Source: an uncultured delta proteobacterium (GTDB lineage Bacteria; Desulfobacterota; RBG-13-43-22). Taken from it: a stretch of 64,000 bases of DNA. The stretch covers positions 64,001-128,000 of the forward strand of contig CAVUPH010000032.1 of the NCBI GenBank assembly GCA_963743305.1, in the 5' to 3' direction. Shown in pieces: positions 63,307 to 64,000 of this stretch (its first letter is position 1; the number at the start of each line of letters is the position of its first letter). The position numbers were made by a program, and so were the translations under genes. The notes beneath the pieces were generated by a model, which was not told the origin of the DNA, did no database searches, and saw nothing but the letters and a program-made list of their open reading frames with translations.

Positions 63307-64000
63307 TTAATGCGCCACCAACTCGGGGAGAACCGGGACCTCTTCCAGATAAAAAGGCCGGGTCTCTCCTTCCGGCATTTCCTTAAAGAGCTTTTCCGGA
63401 TCAGTCAACACCAGGGCCTGACGAAGCACTTCATCCATACTTTCCACTGGAAAAATTTCCAGGGACTTTAGCACCTTGGCGGGAATGTCCCTCAGGTCTT
63501 TTTCATTGTCCTTGGGAATGATCACCGTCTTCACTTTGCCGCGCTGAGCGGCAATCAATTTTTCCTTCAACCCGCCTATGGGCAGGACCCGACCACGCAA
63601 CGTGATCTCGCCGGTCATGGCCACTTTCCGTTTGACCGGAATTTTGAGCAGGGCCGAGACAATGGAAGTGGCGATGGTAATCCCCGCCGAGGGTCCGTCC
63701 TTGGGAATGGCCCCCTCGGGAATATGAATATGGATATCCATTTTCTGATAAAAATTGATGGGCAGCCCCAGGCGTTCCGCCCGGGAACGGACGTAACTCA
63801 AGGCCGCCTGGGCCGACTCCTGCATGACCTCCCCCAGTTTTCCGGTGATGATCAGCTTGCCTTTGCCCGGCATCAGCACTACCTCGGTCAAGAGTAGTTC
63901 TCCGCCGAACTCCGTCCAGGCCAGCCCGGTGGTAATGCCGATCTCGTCCTTTTCTTCGGTTTCCCCATAACGGAACTTGGAGACCCCCAAGTATTTGGGA
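63307..64000 (-). CDS. lon: Lon protease, C-terminal proteolytic domain (partial, extends beyond window)
   Basis: [59 protein letters not shown]. Confidence 0.96.
   Translation of the reverse strand, partial: PKYLGVSKFRYGETEEKDEIGITTGLAWTEFGGELLLTEVVLMPGKGKLIITGKLGEVMQESAQAALSYVRSRAERLGLPINFYQKMDIHIHIPEGAIPKDGPSAGITIATSIVSALLKIPVKRKVAMTGEITLRGRVLPIGGLKEKLIAAQRGKVKTVIIPKDNEKDLRDIPAKVLKSLEIFPVESMDEVLRQALVLTDPEKLFKEMPEGETRPFYLEEVPVLPELVAH

Overview
Bacterial chromosomal segment, probably from an anaerobic Desulfobacterota (deltaproteobacterium); this taxonomy is inferred from the Re-citrate-synthase-like gene, split methylmalonyl-CoA mutase and intergenic repeat types. The left ~45 kb is an amine/amide catabolism island and the right ~19 kb is mostly housekeeping (secDF, hisS-aspS, carboxyltransferase and mutase genes, tRNA-Ala and tRNA-Leu, lon), with a small decayed accessory patch after tRNA-Leu. 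The main feature is an ~18 kb minus-strand bacterial microcompartment (BMC) operon at 15404-33583. It encodes six shell genes (PduA-like BMC-H, GrpU-like BMC-H, PduT-like, two CcmP-type BMC-T, one BMC-P), PduS, EutJ, a flavoprotein and two aldehyde dehydrogenases with encapsulation peptides. It has no classical signature lyase, alcohol dehydrogenase, phosphotransacylase or kinase. It opens instead with a glutamine-synthetase-like ligase, a three-gene split glutamate synthase (gmaS-mgsABC-like arrangement) and a five-subunit flavin/Fe-S amine dehydrogenase that lacks folate-binding domains; one subunit carries an encapsulation peptide. I infer a microcompartment that oxidises alkylamines through gamma-glutamylamide and N-alkylglutamate and confines the free aldehyde. 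Eleven single-base insertions break genes across the window, including secDF, and look like sequencing errors.
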